From assembly GCA_965199855.1 (NCBI GenBank), contig OZ241326.1, positions 512,001-576,000 of the forward strand: a stretch of 64,000 bases of DNA. Direction: 5' to 3'. Origin of the DNA: a bacterium. Lineage in GTDB: Bacteria > UBA8248. This document shows positions 51,989 through 62,337 of the stretch, one piece after another; within the stretch, counting starts at the first letter, position 1; every line of letters begins with the position of its first letter. A program made the position numbers and the translations under genes. A model generated the notes under the pieces. That model saw only the letters and a program-made list of their open reading frames with translations. It was not told the DNA's origin and did not search any database.

Positions 51989-52031
51989 GAGGGCCGCCTC
52001 CCTCTCCCGCGAGGGGGCGGCCCTCGCTTTT
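51989..52031 (+). terminator. Hairpin/terminator after first tctC
   Basis: GAGGGCCGCC...GGCGGCCCTC stem followed by GCTTTT. Confidence 0.5.
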
Positions 52032-52067
52032 CCTGCGGGCTTTCTCTCTCCGGGACGGGTCATTCCC

Positions 52068-52550
52068 ATGGGCTTGAGAAACATCGTCGGCGCGGCGGCG
52101 ATTCTGGGCTTCACGCTCTTCTACGGCGGCCTCGCCACTCTGCTCCCGAAGCGCTCCGCCACCGACGCGCCGGGGCCTCATTTCTTTCCCTATCTCATCA
52201 CGCTCTCGATAGTCGTTCTCTCCGTCATGCTTCTGCTTCAGGGGGCGCGGGGGATGAGAGACTCCTCCGGCCTCGTCGATCTGGCTCCCCGGAGACCCTC
52301 CTCGAACCCGGACTACAGCCTCGGGCGCGCGGCGGCCGGCCTCGCGCTGACGGGCTGCTACTTCTTCGCCCTGCCCGCGTTCGGGTTCTTCTGGACCACG
52401 CCCGTCTTCTTCGCCGCGCTCATGCGGGTGACGGGCGAGCGCCGCCCCCGGGTTCTTCTGGGGCTGGCGACAGCCGTTCCCCTGTTCCTGTTCTTCCTGT
52501 TCCGCGACCTGTTTCAGCTTCCCCTTCCGAGGGGGAGCTTTCTGGGATGA
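52068..52550 (+). CDS. TctB family small TTT subunit
   Basis: PGPHFFP motif, 4-5 TM helices, FQLPLPRG C-terminus. Confidence 0.85.
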   Translation: MGLRNIVGAAAILGFTLFYGGLATLLPKRSATDAPGPHFFPYLITLSIVVLSVMLLLQGARGMRDSSGLVDLAPRRPSSNPDYSLGRAAAGLALTGCYFFALPAFGFFWTTPVFFAALMRVTGERRPRVLLGLATAVPLFLFFLFRDLFQLPLPRGSFLG

Positions 52551-52557
52551 CGCGAGC

Positions 52558-54075
52558 ATGAACGGCGACCTGCTTCAGGGGTTCTACCTCGCCCTCGCGC
52601 CGACGAGCATCCTCGCCACGGCGCTGGGCGCCCTGCACGGCCTCATCTGCGGGATGATGCCGGGGCTGACGACGAGCGCAGGCATCATCATCCTCTTTCC
52701 GGTCACCTTCATTCTGGAGCCGACCACCGCGGTGGCGCTCCTGCTCGGCGTCTTCGCCGGCGGAATGACGGGGGGCAGCTTCGCCGCCATCCTCATCAAC
52801 ATCCCCGGCTCGCCCTCGGCCTCGGCCACCACGGTGGACGGCTACCCCCTCACCCGGAAGGGCGAGGCCGGCCGGGCGCTGGGCGTTTCCATCGTCTCGG
52901 GCTTCACCGGCGGCCTCTTCAGCTTCTTCTGCCTGCTGCTGATCGCCCCCCAGCTCACGAAGGTTGCGCTTCAGTTCCAGGCGGCCGACCTGTTCGGGCT
53001 GGTGTTCTTCGGCATGTCCGTCATCTCGGCCTTCGCGGCGAAGTCGCTCGTCAAGGGGCTGCTGTCCACCTTTCTCGGCCTCATGATCGTCACGGTGGGG
53101 ATGGACCCCCTCGTCGGGACGGCGCGCTTCACCTTCGGCGACGCGAACATGCTCGCGGGAATCCACTTCATCCCCGCGCTCGTGGGCCTCTTCGCGGTTC
53201 CGGAGATCGTGGCGAACCTCGCGGAGGGAAACATCCGCTCGGCCGCCTCGCGGTTCGGCCGCGTGCTTCCGAGCTGGGAGGACGTCAAGAAAATCCGTCT
53301 TCCGGTGGCCATCGGCTCCATCGTGGGCACGTTCGTCGGCATCCTGCCGGGGGCGGGCGGGCCTATAGCGGTTTTCGTGAGCTACGACTACGCCCAGAAG
53401 GTCAGCAGGGAGCCCGAGAAGTTCGGCAAGGGCTGCGTGGAGGGGGTGGCCGCTCCCGAGTCGGCGAACAGCTCCATCGCCGGCGGGGCGCTCATCCCCA
53501 TGATGACGCTGGGGATTCCGGGCGATCCGATAACCGCCATCCTCATCGGCGCCCTGCTGGTGCACGGCATGGCGCCGGGGCCGCTGCTTTTCGTGGAGCA
53601 GGGGCCTTTCGCGTTTTCGGTTCTCTTTTCGTATTTCATCGCCATTTGCAGCACGGCGCTCGTCGCGCTCCTGGGGCTGCGGGCCATCGTGAAGATGCTT
53701 TCCATCCCCCGCTCGCTCCTTTTGCCGATCATCGTCGCCCTGTGCGTTCTGGGGACGTATGCGCTGCGAAACTCCTTCTTCGACATCTACGTCATGTTCT
53801 TCTTCGGTCTCGTGGCGCTCTCCTTCAAATGGCTCGACGTTCCCGTCGTGCCGCTCCTGCTCGCCCTCGTGCTGGGGCGGCAGCTCGAGGAGCACCTGCG
53901 GGTCGCCCTCGCCGCCTCGAAGGGCGACGTCTCGATTTTCTTCACCTCCCCCTGGTGTCTGTTCTTCCTCTGCCTGTCGGTGCTCTCCTTCGCCTGGCCG
54001 TTCCTGCTCGAATGGAGGATGAAGAGCCGGGCTTCGGGGAGGAGAGGCTCCGCCTCCGCGCCCTCCTCCGCGTAG
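52558..54075 (+). CDS. TctA family TTT permease
   Basis: GMMPGL, AILINIPGSP, DGYP, GILPGAGG, APESAN, LTLGIPGD. Confidence 0.93.
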   Translation: MNGDLLQGFYLALAPTSILATALGALHGLICGMMPGLTTSAGIIILFPVTFILEPTTAVALLLGVFAGGMTGGSFAAILINIPGSPSASATTVDGYPLTRKGEAGRALGVSIVSGFTGGLFSFFCLLLIAPQLTKVALQFQAADLFGLVFFGMSVISAFAAKSLVKGLLSTFLGLMIVTVGMDPLVGTARFTFGDANMLAGIHFIPALVGLFAVPEIVANLAEGNIRSAASRFGRVLPSWEDVKKIRLPVAIGSIVGTFVGILPGAGGPIAVFVSYDYAQKVSREPEKFGKGCVEGVAAPESANSSIAGGALIPMMTLGIPGDPITAILIGALLVHGMAPGPLLFVEQGPFAFSVLFSYFIAICSTALVALLGLRAIVKMLSIPRSLLLPIIVALCVLGTYALRNSFFDIYVMFFFGLVALSFKWLDVPVVPLLLALVLGRQLEEHLRVALAASKGDVSIFFTSPWCLFFLCLSVLSFAWPFLLEWRMKSRASGRRGSASAPSSA

Positions 54076-54149
54076 AGGGCCCGAACGACGCCGCCCCCGT
54101 TGCCTGACGGGGCGGAGGCGAGCATGAACTTTCGGCGAAAAGGCGCCGC

Positions 54150-54178
54150 TTGACCCCAGGCCGAGGCTCGTCTAGCCT
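54150..54178 (+). promoter_or_regulatory. Candidate sigma70 promoter for ABC-LLM block
   Basis: TTGACC-17 bp-TAGCCT. Confidence 0.45.
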
Positions 54179-54287
54179 GCCTTTGCGGCAAAATCGGTTT
54201 TCCGTCAAAGGTCGGTCTCTCGGACGCCGCGCGATCGGATTCCGGCCGGTCGGGTTCGCGCGCTTCCATTTCGAGGGAGGTTGGCTC

Positions 54288-55508
54288 ATGGCAGGCTTCG
54301 GAAAAAGAGCGTTCGCCGCCGGAGCGGCGATTCTGGCGTTTGGCGTCTTCGGCGCGTCCGCCTCGCTTGCGGCGAAAACCGTCAGAATCGGCGTCCTCTC
54401 CCCGCTGACGGGGCTTTATTCCATCGTGGGGAAAAGGACGAGCCAGGGGATCAATCTGGCCGTCAAGGAGATCAACGACGCCGGCGGCGTTTTGGGCCGC
54501 AGGATCGAGGCGCTGATCCGCGACTCGGAGACCAACCCCGCCAGCTCGGTGCGCACCGCGAGGCGCCTGATTCTGCGCGACGGGGTTTTCGCCCTTCTCG
54601 GCCCCCTGCACGGGGGGGCGGCCATCGCCGTCCTGCAGGAATCGAAAAAGCTCAAGACGATGAATTTCCCCTGGGCGGCGACCGAGGAGATCAACACGAA
54701 GTTCTGCAGCCGCTACACTTGGCGGGTGGGGAGCAGCGCGCAGCAGACCTCGCGCGCGGGCGCCGTCATCGCGCACCGGCTGGGCTACGGGAACTGGGCG
54801 ACGATATCCTCCGACTTCTCGTATGGCCGCTCCGTCGTCCGGCAGTTCTGGAACTATCTCAAGGAGCGCGACCCGAAGGCGAAGCGTCCCTACGCGGCCT
54901 GGCCGAAGCTGGGGGAGAACGACTACTCCCCCTACATCAACAAGATGCTGAAGGCGAAGCCCCAGGCGATCTACGTAGGCCTCTTCGGCGCCGACCTCAT
55001 CAAGTTCATGAAGCAGGCACGCTCCTTCGGGATGTACGAGAAGGTGAAGATATTCACCGATTTCGGCGGCAACCACGTCGTGCTCAAGGCGCTTGGCGAT
55101 CAGGCGCCCTTCGGCCATTGGGCGAGTTCGCGCTACCTGCACAACTATCCGGCTTCCGCGAACAACAGGCGGTTCGTGGAGAGCTTCCGCAAGGCCTACG
55201 GCGTGTACCCGGACATGACGGCGGGCGAGGCCTACGCCACCGTCCACGTGATCGCGGAAGCGATCCGCCGCGCCGGCGCCGTGGACAAGGAGAAGGCGAT
55301 TGACGCCATGGGCGGCGTCGCCTTCAACGCGCCGGAGGGATGGATCATCATGCGCCCCTCGGATCACCAAGGCTGGCAGTCCAGCTTCTGGGGCGTGATT
55401 TCAAAGAGCGGGAAATATCCGTTTCCGGTTCTCTCGAACATCCAGGTGATATCGCCCGTCGAGGGCTCCCACCCGGACGAGAACACGGGCCAGGGCTGCC
55501 GGAAATAG
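54288..55508 (+). CDS. ABC transporter substrate-binding protein (LivJ/HAAT family)
   Basis: Signal peptide; IRIGVLSPLTG, INDAGGVLGR, DFSYG; SD GAGGGAGG. Confidence 0.9.
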   Translation: MAGFGKRAFAAGAAILAFGVFGASASLAAKTVRIGVLSPLTGLYSIVGKRTSQGINLAVKEINDAGGVLGRRIEALIRDSETNPASSVRTARRLILRDGVFALLGPLHGGAAIAVLQESKKLKTMNFPWAATEEINTKFCSRYTWRVGSSAQQTSRAGAVIAHRLGYGNWATISSDFSYGRSVVRQFWNYLKERDPKAKRPYAAWPKLGENDYSPYINKMLKAKPQAIYVGLFGADLIKFMKQARSFGMYEKVKIFTDFGGNHVVLKALGDQAPFGHWASSRYLHNYPASANNRRFVESFRKAYGVYPDMTAGEAYATVHVIAEAIRRAGAVDKEKAIDAMGGVAFNAPEGWIIMRPSDHQGWQSSFWGVISKSGKYPFPVLSNIQVISPVEGSHPDENTGQGCRK

Positions 55509-55526
55509 TCATCGCGCGCGAAGCCC

Positions 55527-55557
55527 GCGGCGCCCCGGGGAGTTTCCGGGGCGCCGC
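55527..55557 (+). terminator. GC hairpin after ABC binding-protein gene (stabiliser or partial terminator)
   Basis: GCGGCGCCCCGG...CCGGGGCGCCGC 12-bp stem. Confidence 0.45.
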
Positions 55558-55584
55558 CTCATCTTTCTCTGGAGGCCTGGGCGC

Positions 55585-56466
55585 ATGGCGCTGGAGGTCG
55601 GCTTCTGGCTGACCCAGCTTCTGAACGGGTTGGCCAACGCGATGGTTCTGTTCCTGATCGCCTCGGGCCTGACCATCCTCCTCGGCGTGCTGGGCGTCCT
55701 GAATCTGGCCCACGGCTCGTTCTACATGCTGGGCGCTTTTCTCATCTTCTCGAGTTCCGCCATCAAGAATCCGGGCTGGTTCTGGGTGGGTCTGCTCCTG
55801 GCGCCCCTCGTGGTTGCGGGGTTCGGAACCATCATCGAGGCGTTCTGCCTGCGCCCTTTGTATCGCCGGGAAAGACTCTACACCCTGCTCCTGACGTATG
55901 GCTTCACGCTCATCCTGGATGATCTGGTCCTGCTGATCTGGGGCCGGGACTACAAGTCCGTTCCCATTCCCTCGCTGTTCGAGGGGCGCATCTTCGTCGG
56001 CGACTTCAGCTATCCCGTCTATTTTCTCTTCATCATCGCGGTCGGCCCGCTGCTGGGCGTTTTCCTCTGGCTCATCCTGCATCGAACGGATTTCGGAAAG
56101 CTCATCCGCGCCGCCGCCACGGACAGCGAGATGCTCGACGCCCTGGGGGTGCGCGTGAACCGGGTCTTCACCGGCGTCTTCGCCCTGGGCGCATGGCTCG
56201 CGAGCCTGGGCGGAATCCTGGCCGCGCCCATGCGGAGCGTCGAGCCCGGCATGGGGGTGGAGATCATCATTGAATCATTCATCGTCGTCATCGTCGGCGG
56301 GATGGGCAGCTATCTCGGCGCGTTCGTCGGCGCCGTGCTCATCGGGATGCTCAAGGCGTTCGGCATCGAAATCCTCCATAATTTTTCGATGATTTTCATC
56401 TACGCCCTCGTGCTGCCGATTCTGATTCTGAGGCCGCGAGGGCTGTTCGGCGAGACGACGATATAG
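55585..56466 (+). CDS. HAAT ABC permease (LivH-like)
   Basis: LIASGLT..LG...NLAHG, FGK.IRA, GGMGS, RPRGLFG. Confidence 0.92.
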   Translation: MALEVGFWLTQLLNGLANAMVLFLIASGLTILLGVLGVLNLAHGSFYMLGAFLIFSSSAIKNPGWFWVGLLLAPLVVAGFGTIIEAFCLRPLYRRERLYTLLLTYGFTLILDDLVLLIWGRDYKSVPIPSLFEGRIFVGDFSYPVYFLFIIAVGPLLGVFLWLILHRTDFGKLIRAAATDSEMLDALGVRVNRVFTGVFALGAWLASLGGILAAPMRSVEPGMGVEIIIESFIVVIVGGMGSYLGAFVGAVLIGMLKAFGIEILHNFSMIFIYALVLPILILRPRGLFGETTI

Positions 56467-56487
56467 GGGCGGGCCCCGGGGGAGTTC

Positions 56488-57516
56488 ATGGAAGGCTTGT
56501 CGGGCAGGAAAAATTTTTCGGGCCGCCTCGCGCGGCTTCTCTCCGCCCGCTCGGGCGTCGCCGCCCTGCTTGCGCTCGCCGCGCTCGCTCCCTTTCTGGT
56601 TCGGGGCGACTACTACGTCCAGCTTTGCACGGAAATCCTGATAGCGAGCCTGCTCGCGATCAGCCTGAATTTCCTGATCGGGTTCACCGGCCTCGTCTCC
56701 CTGGGGCACGCGGTCTATCTGGGCGTAGGCGCCTACGCCTTCGCGCTGACGACGAAGAACGCTTATCCCTCGATGTGGGTCGGATTGGCGGCGGCGGGCG
56801 CGTCCTGCGCGCTTCTCGCCTGGTTCATGGGCGTTTTTTGCGTGCGCCTGGCGGGGCTGTATTTCGCCATGCTGACGCTCGCCTTCTCCCAGGTGGTCTA
56901 TACCGTCGCCTACTACTGGCGCGGCGTTACCGGCGGGGACGACGGAATGCTCGGCATTCCGAAGCCGGAGATAGGCGTTCCGGGAATGTTCAGCGTCTCC
57001 CTGGAGCCGTTCGTGAATTTTTACTACTTCGTTCTGGTCATCGTGGGAGCGCTCGTCTTCGTCGCATGGCGGATCGCCCGTTCGCCTTTCGGGAGGGTTC
57101 TGGAGGCGATTCGGGAAAATCCCGAGCGCGTGGAGTTCATCGGTCTGCCCACGCGCAGATACAAGCTGATCGCCTTCGTGGTCGCCGGCGCCCTCGGCGG
57201 CTTCGCTGGAGGTCTTTACGCGGCTTTTCAAGGCTATATTTCGCCCGATTTGCTCTATTGGACCCAATCGGGCGAGATCGTTTTGATGACGATCCTGGGC
57301 GGCATGTATTCTTTTCTGGGGCCCGCCTTCGGCGCGGGGATGCTCCTGTTCATTCGGGATACGGTGCTGAATTTCATGGAATACTGGAGAATCGTCGTCG
57401 GCGGCGTTCTGGTGCTCCTGGTTCTGTTCCTGCCCGGCGGCGTTCTGGGGTTCTTCGAGGGCTGGGTGTCCGGCTCATCGACAGGCGGAAATCATGGCGA
57501 CGGCGCCCGTTCTTGA
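56488..57516 (+). CDS. HAAT ABC permease (LivM-like)
   Basis: G.TGLVSLGHA, YFAMLTLAFSQ, TGGDDG, SPFGR.L.AIREN. Confidence 0.92.
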   Translation: MEGLSGRKNFSGRLARLLSARSGVAALLALAALAPFLVRGDYYVQLCTEILIASLLAISLNFLIGFTGLVSLGHAVYLGVGAYAFALTTKNAYPSMWVGLAAAGASCALLAWFMGVFCVRLAGLYFAMLTLAFSQVVYTVAYYWRGVTGGDDGMLGIPKPEIGVPGMFSVSLEPFVNFYYFVLVIVGALVFVAWRIARSPFGRVLEAIRENPERVEFIGLPTRRYKLIAFVVAGALGGFAGGLYAAFQGYISPDLLYWTQSGEIVLMTILGGMYSFLGPAFGAGMLLFIRDTVLNFMEYWRIVVGGVLVLLVLFLPGGVLGFFEGWVSGSSTGGNHGDGARS

Positions 57517-58246
57517 AACCCGGAACCTCAGCAAGGCGTTCGGCTCGCTTCGGGCGGTGAGCGAGGTGAACTTTCAGGTTCCGGAGGGGGAGCTGCGCGC
57601 CGTCATCGGGCCCAACGGGGCGGGAAAAACCACTTTTTTCAACCTGATTTCGGGAAAGCTCGAACCGACGGGCGGCGGCGTCTATTTCGAGGGAGAGGAC
57701 ATCACAGGCTTCCCCCCTCACGCCGTGGTGAAAAAAGGGGTGGGCCGCTCTTTTCAGATTACAAACGTATTTCCGCGCCTCTCGGTGCTGGACAACGTTC
57801 GCCTCGCCGTTTTAGCGAAGCGAGGCAAGGCGATGGATATGCTCTCTCCCATCGAGAGGCGAGTCGAAGAGCGGGAAGAGGCTCTCGCCATCCTGGGCGA
57901 GGTGGAGCTCGAGCGGAAGGCGGAGCGCCCGACCACGGAGCTGGGCCACGGGGAAAGGAGAAACCTGGAGCTCGGAATCACGCTGGCCCTCGAACCCCGG
58001 CTGATTCTGCTGGACGAACCGACGGCCGGCATGTCGATCGAGGAGACGGCGAGCACCATCGAACTCGTGAGAAAAATATCCCGTGACAAAACGGTCGTCT
58101 TCACCGAGCACGACATGAGCGTGGTGTTCTCGATAGCCGATCGCATATCCGTCCTGCATCAGGGGAGCGTCATCGCCGAAGGGGCGCCCGATGAGGTTCG
58201 CGGCGACGCCGCCGTTCGCCTCGCCTATCTGGGGGAGGAGGCTTGA
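57494..58246 (+). CDS. HAAT ABC ATPase (LivG-like)
   Basis: GPNGAGKTT, RSFQ, LLDEPTAG, EHDM, AYLG. Confidence 0.93.
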   Translation: MATAPVLETRNLSKAFGSLRAVSEVNFQVPEGELRAVIGPNGAGKTTFFNLISGKLEPTGGGVYFEGEDITGFPPHAVVKKGVGRSFQITNVFPRLSVLDNVRLAVLAKRGKAMDMLSPIERRVEEREEALAILGEVELERKAERPTTELGHGERRNLELGITLALEPRLILLDEPTAGMSIEETASTIELVRKISRDKTVVFTEHDMSVVFSIADRISVLHQGSVIAEGAPDEVRGDAAVRLAYLGEEA

Positions 58247-58944
58247 TTCTCGCGCTTGAGAAGGTGAACACGTTCTACGGGCACAGCCACATCCTGTTCG
58301 ACGTGGATTTGTCCGTCGCCGAGGGGGAGGTGGTGAGCCTTCTCGGCAGAAACGGCGCGGGAAAAACCACCGCGCTCCGCTCCATCATGGGGCTGACGCC
58401 CCCGCGCGCGGGCCGGGTGCGCTGGCTGGGCGAAGAGGTGCAGGGCCGCAAGCCCCATGAGATTTCAAGGAAAGGGGTGGGCTTCGTCCCCGAGGACAGA
58501 AGAATCTTCTCCCGGCTGAGCGTGGAGGAGAACCTGGAGACGGGGGCGTTCAAGCTGGAGCGGCCCGGCGGCTGGACGCTCGAGCGCGTCTATGGTCTTT
58601 TCCCCAGGCTCGGGCAGCTGAAGTCCCGCAAGGGGAGCGAACTGAGCGGCGGCGAACAGCAGATGCTGGCCATCGCCCGGGCGTTGATGGGAGCGCCGAA
58701 GCTCGTTCTGCTCGATGAACCCTCCGAGGGGCTGGCGCCGGCCATCGTGAAGGACGTGGGCGAGATGATCGGGATGTTCAGGGATGAGGGAATCGCCGTC
58801 CTTCTGGTGGAGCAGAACGCCCGCTTCGCCTGCCGGCTCTCGGATCGCGTCTATGTCATCGACAAGGGCAGGATCCGCTTCGAGGGCGCGGTCGCGCAGC
58901 TCGAGGCGGAGGAAGAGTTGAAATCGCGCTACCTGGCGGTTTAA
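58243..58944 (+). CDS. HAAT ABC ATPase (LivF-like)
   Basis: GRNGAGKTT, LSGGEQQMLA, LLDEPSEGLAP, LVEQN. Confidence 0.93.
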   Translation: MILALEKVNTFYGHSHILFDVDLSVAEGEVVSLLGRNGAGKTTALRSIMGLTPPRAGRVRWLGEEVQGRKPHEISRKGVGFVPEDRRIFSRLSVEENLETGAFKLERPGGWTLERVYGLFPRLGQLKSRKGSELSGGEQQMLAIARALMGAPKLVLLDEPSEGLAPAIVKDVGEMIGMFRDEGIAVLLVEQNARFACRLSDRVYVIDKGRIRFEGAVAQLEAEEELKSRYLAV

Positions 58945-58982
58945 TCTTCATTTTCCGCAGGTGGAAGCGAGGAGGATTCGGG

Positions 58983-59990
58983 ATGAACGCCCGCGTCGAA
59001 TTCGGCTTGATCATGGCCCTGACCATCCGGGGGCTGGCCGTCGGAAACTTCGGGGACATGAAGGCGGTGGCGCGGGAAGCCGAGAGGCTGGGCTTTGATT
59101 CGGTATGGCTGTGCGACCATTTCCTCACGCTCGCCCCGGACTCCTACGCGAAGGACGCCGGCTTCGACGCGGCGGGGGCGTCGGAGGGCGCCGGCGCCGG
59201 CTCCATCCCCCTGCTCGAGACCTGGACGGCGCTCAGCGCCCTCTCGCAGGTGACGAAGAAGCTTCGCCTGGGAACCAGCGTTCTGAGCAACTCCTACCGC
59301 ATTCCCTCGGTGCTCGCGAAGATGGGCGCGACGCTGGATCACGTCAGCGGCGGGCGGCTCGACCTGGGTCTCGGCGCGGGCTGGATGCGGGAGGAGTATG
59401 AGGCCTACGGCATCCCGTTCCCGAGGGCTTCCGTCCGGATCGCCCAGATGGAGGAGGCCGTTCAGCTGATTCGCAGGATGTGGACGGAGCCCAGCCCTTC
59501 GTTCGAGGGCGCGCACTACGCGATAAAGGGCGCGGTGTGCGATCCCCCGCCGGTTCAGAAGCCCTCGCCCCCGATATGGATTGGCGGCGAGGGGAAAAAG
59601 GTTTTGCGGGTCGCGGCGAGATACGCCGACGGCTTCAACGCGCGCTGGTGGCCCCCCGAGCGCTACGTTGAGCGCAGGGAGGAGATCGACGCCCACTGCG
59701 AGGAGGCGGGGCGCGACCCCGGAGGGCTCAGACGCTCCCTGATGTGCCTCCTTCTGCCGGGACATGACCGTGCGCGCGTCGAGGCGCAAAGAAAGCGGTT
59801 TGCCGCCATTCCGGAAACGGGTATAATCTCGGGAACGCCCAGGGAATGCGCGGACCGGATGATGGAATACGTGGAGGCGGGCGCGCGCCATTTTCTCTAT
59901 ACGATTCCCGACGTCGCCGAAATGGACGCGCTTCGCCTCGCGGGAGAGGAGATTCTGCCCCTCGTCAGGAGCATGGCGAACGGGGGGTGA
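58983..59990 (+). CDS. LLM-class oxidoreductase (F420-dependent-like / SsuD-like subfamily)
   Basis: GFDSVWLCDHF, ETWTALSAL, LAKMGATLDHVSGGRLDLGLGAGW, PPIWIGGEG. Confidence 0.88.
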   Translation: MNARVEFGLIMALTIRGLAVGNFGDMKAVAREAERLGFDSVWLCDHFLTLAPDSYAKDAGFDAAGASEGAGAGSIPLLETWTALSALSQVTKKLRLGTSVLSNSYRIPSVLAKMGATLDHVSGGRLDLGLGAGWMREEYEAYGIPFPRASVRIAQMEEAVQLIRRMWTEPSPSFEGAHYAIKGAVCDPPPVQKPSPPIWIGGEGKKVLRVAARYADGFNARWWPPERYVERREEIDAHCEEAGRDPGGLRRSLMCLLLPGHDRARVEAQRKRFAAIPETGIISGTPRECADRMMEYVEAGARHFLYTIPDVAEMDALRLAGEEILPLVRSMANGG

Positions 59991-60022
59991 CGCCGTCCTT
60001 CTCGGAGCGGGGAGATTTTTCG

Positions 60023-60745
60023 ATGAATGAAGATCAGGGTTTCGCCGACTACCTCAAGCCCACGGAGTTCATTGATTCGGACGATCCCGCCATCGCCTCG
60101 AAGGCGCGGGAACTCACCGGGGACTGCGCGGACGACAAGGAGAAGCTCGGCAGAATCTATTATTTCGTCCGCGATTTCCCCTACGACATTCTCGATTCGT
60201 TCCGCTATCTCGCCGAGGGAAAGAGGCAGGCGAGCGACGTGCTGAAAAACGGCAAGGCGTTCTGCATGGGCAAGGCCAGCATGTTCGCCGCCCTCTGCCG
60301 CGCCTCGGGCATTCCCTCCCGCATCGGCTTCCAGCAGCTTCATTGTCCGGACAAGCCTTTCATGAACGAGGAGGTCGCCAAAATCTGGGGGGATCGCAAG
60401 CTGCCGTGGCACTCGCTCGGAGAGGCGTATCTCAACGGCAGGTGGCTCAGGCTCGACGCCACGATCGACAGGGAGTTCGCCGCGCGGAAGGGGCGGGAAT
60501 ACGCCCGCGAGTTCGACGGAGAGAACGACATTCCTTCCGTGGAAGGCCCGCTCATCAAGGACCTCCCCAGCCATCAGGACTACCCGAAGGACGTGGCCGA
60601 CTGGTATGAGCAGGTCGCCAGGGACGTCGTCGCCTCCGTGGATGACGACGTTGCGCATCGGGATGTTCTCAGCGATCAGGAATGGTCCGGCCCCGACGCG
60701 GAGAAGATGAAGGGCCGGGCCGCTTCCCACGGACGCCCGGGATAA
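60023..60745 (+). CDS. Transglutaminase-like cysteine enzyme
   Basis: YL.PT.FIDSD.P, AFCMGKA (Cys), ALCRASGIPSR, PWH..GE.YL.GRW..LDAT (His, Asp). Confidence 0.85.
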   Translation: MNEDQGFADYLKPTEFIDSDDPAIASKARELTGDCADDKEKLGRIYYFVRDFPYDILDSFRYLAEGKRQASDVLKNGKAFCMGKASMFAALCRASGIPSRIGFQQLHCPDKPFMNEEVAKIWGDRKLPWHSLGEAYLNGRWLRLDATIDREFAARKGREYAREFDGENDIPSVEGPLIKDLPSHQDYPKDVADWYEQVARDVVASVDDDVAHRDVLSDQEWSGPDAEKMKGRAASHGRPG

Positions 60746-60774
60746 TCAAGCCGCGCGGTGAAAGGAATTCGCTG

Positions 60775-62283
60775 ATGTCAGGAAGCGTCGTGAGCATTGC
60801 GCAGTTTCCGCTCACCCAGGAGGCGGAGCAGCAGCATATCGACGGACGCTGGCTCAAGGGCGAGCGCGGCGAGCCGATGGACGTCCTGAATCCCTCGAAC
60901 AACGAAGCGATTTTCCGGTTGTTTCCGGCGTCGGACGCGCAGGTGGATGAGGCCGTCGCCTCCTCCTGGCGGGCGTTTCGGGATTCGTCCTGGAGAAGGA
61001 TGCCCGCGCTGGAGCGCGGAAAGCTCATCGGCAGACTCGCGGCGCTGATGCGGGAGCGCGCGGAAACCCTCGCGCGGCTCGAGGCGATCAACACGGGAAT
61101 TCCCATTCGGGAGAGCCGCCTGGAGTCCGCCTCCTCCGCGCGCCACTTCGAATATTTCGCCGGGTGGTCTGGAAAGGTCGCGGGCGCGGCCCAGCCTCTC
61201 ATGAACGATCGGCTCGCGTATTCGACGCGGGAGCCTCTGGGCGTCGTGGCCATCATCGTTCCCTGGAACACCCCGCTCAAGCTCATGTCCCGGGGGCTGG
61301 CCGCCGCTCTGGCCTGCGGCAACGCGGTGGTCGTCAAGCCCTCGGCCGTCGCCCTGGCCTCGGTGCTGCATTTCGGGAAGCTGGCGGAGGAGGCCGGCTT
61401 TCCGCCGGGCGTGATCAACATCGTGGCGGGCCCGGGGCGCTCGACGGGCGCGAGGCTCGCCGGTCATCCGGACGTGAGGAAAATCGTGTTCACCGGCGGC
61501 ACGGAGGGCGGTCTGGAGGTTCTCGGACTCGCCGCCTCGAACGTGACCCCCGTGCTGGCGGAGCTGGGCGGCAAGGGCCCCATCATCGTTTGCGAGGACG
61601 CCGATCTGGACGAGGCGGCCGACGGCGTGATGAGCCAGGCGTTCGCCCGCCAGGGCGAGGTCTGCTTCGCCGGAACCCGCCTGTTTCTTCCGAGCGCCGT
61701 CCACGATGAATTTCTCGACAAGATTCTCGAGCGCGTCGGCGGGATGCGCGTCGGCGACGCCATGAGCGAGGAAACCGACATGGGGCCGCTCATTTCCCGG
61801 GGCCACCTCGCCGACGTCGTTGGCTGCGTCGAATCGGCCCTGGAAGACGGCGCGCGCGTCGCCTGCGGGGGCGGCCGCGCGGCGGGCGAAGGGCTTCCGG
61901 ACGGGAATTTCATGCAGCCCACGGTTCTCGCGGGCGTGGACCAGAGCATGAGGGCGGCGCGCGAGGAGATTTTCGGCCCCGTTCTCACCGTTCACGAATA
62001 CCGGTCTCTCGACGACGCGGTTCGGGACGCCAACGCCACGGAGTTCGGGCTGGCGAGCTACGTCTGGACGAGCGACCTGCGCCGGGCGCATCGCCTCGCC
62101 GCCGAGCTGGATTCCGGCAACGTGTTCATCAACACCTACCGCTATGGCTCCGAAATTCCGTTTGGCGGCGTGAAGAAGAGCGGCATCGGCAGGGAGCACG
62201 GCGAGGAGGCACTCCGGGAGTACACCCAGGTGAAGAGCGTCTGCATCGGTCTTTCGAGATGGCGCTCCTGGAACCGGGACTAG
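60775..62283 (+). CDS. Aldehyde dehydrogenase
   Basis: REPLGVV..IVPWN, VKPS, FTGG, ELGGK, GEVCFAG (catalytic Cys), EEIFGPV, PFGGVKKSG. Confidence 0.94.
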   Translation: MSGSVVSIAQFPLTQEAEQQHIDGRWLKGERGEPMDVLNPSNNEAIFRLFPASDAQVDEAVASSWRAFRDSSWRRMPALERGKLIGRLAALMRERAETLARLEAINTGIPIRESRLESASSARHFEYFAGWSGKVAGAAQPLMNDRLAYSTREPLGVVAIIVPWNTPLKLMSRGLAAALACGNAVVVKPSAVALASVLHFGKLAEEAGFPPGVINIVAGPGRSTGARLAGHPDVRKIVFTGGTEGGLEVLGLAASNVTPVLAELGGKGPIIVCEDADLDEAADGVMSQAFARQGEVCFAGTRLFLPSAVHDEFLDKILERVGGMRVGDAMSEETDMGPLISRGHLADVVGCVESALEDGARVACGGGRAAGEGLPDGNFMQPTVLAGVDQSMRAAREEIFGPVLTVHEYRSLDDAVRDANATEFGLASYVWTSDLRRAHRLAAELDSGNVFINTYRYGSEIPFGGVKKSGIGREHGEEALREYTQVKSVCIGLSRWRSWNRD

Positions 62284-62337
62284 CCCGGCGCCGCGAATTT
62301 CGGGAAGCTTCTGAAGGCATTTCAGGGAGGAATCGAC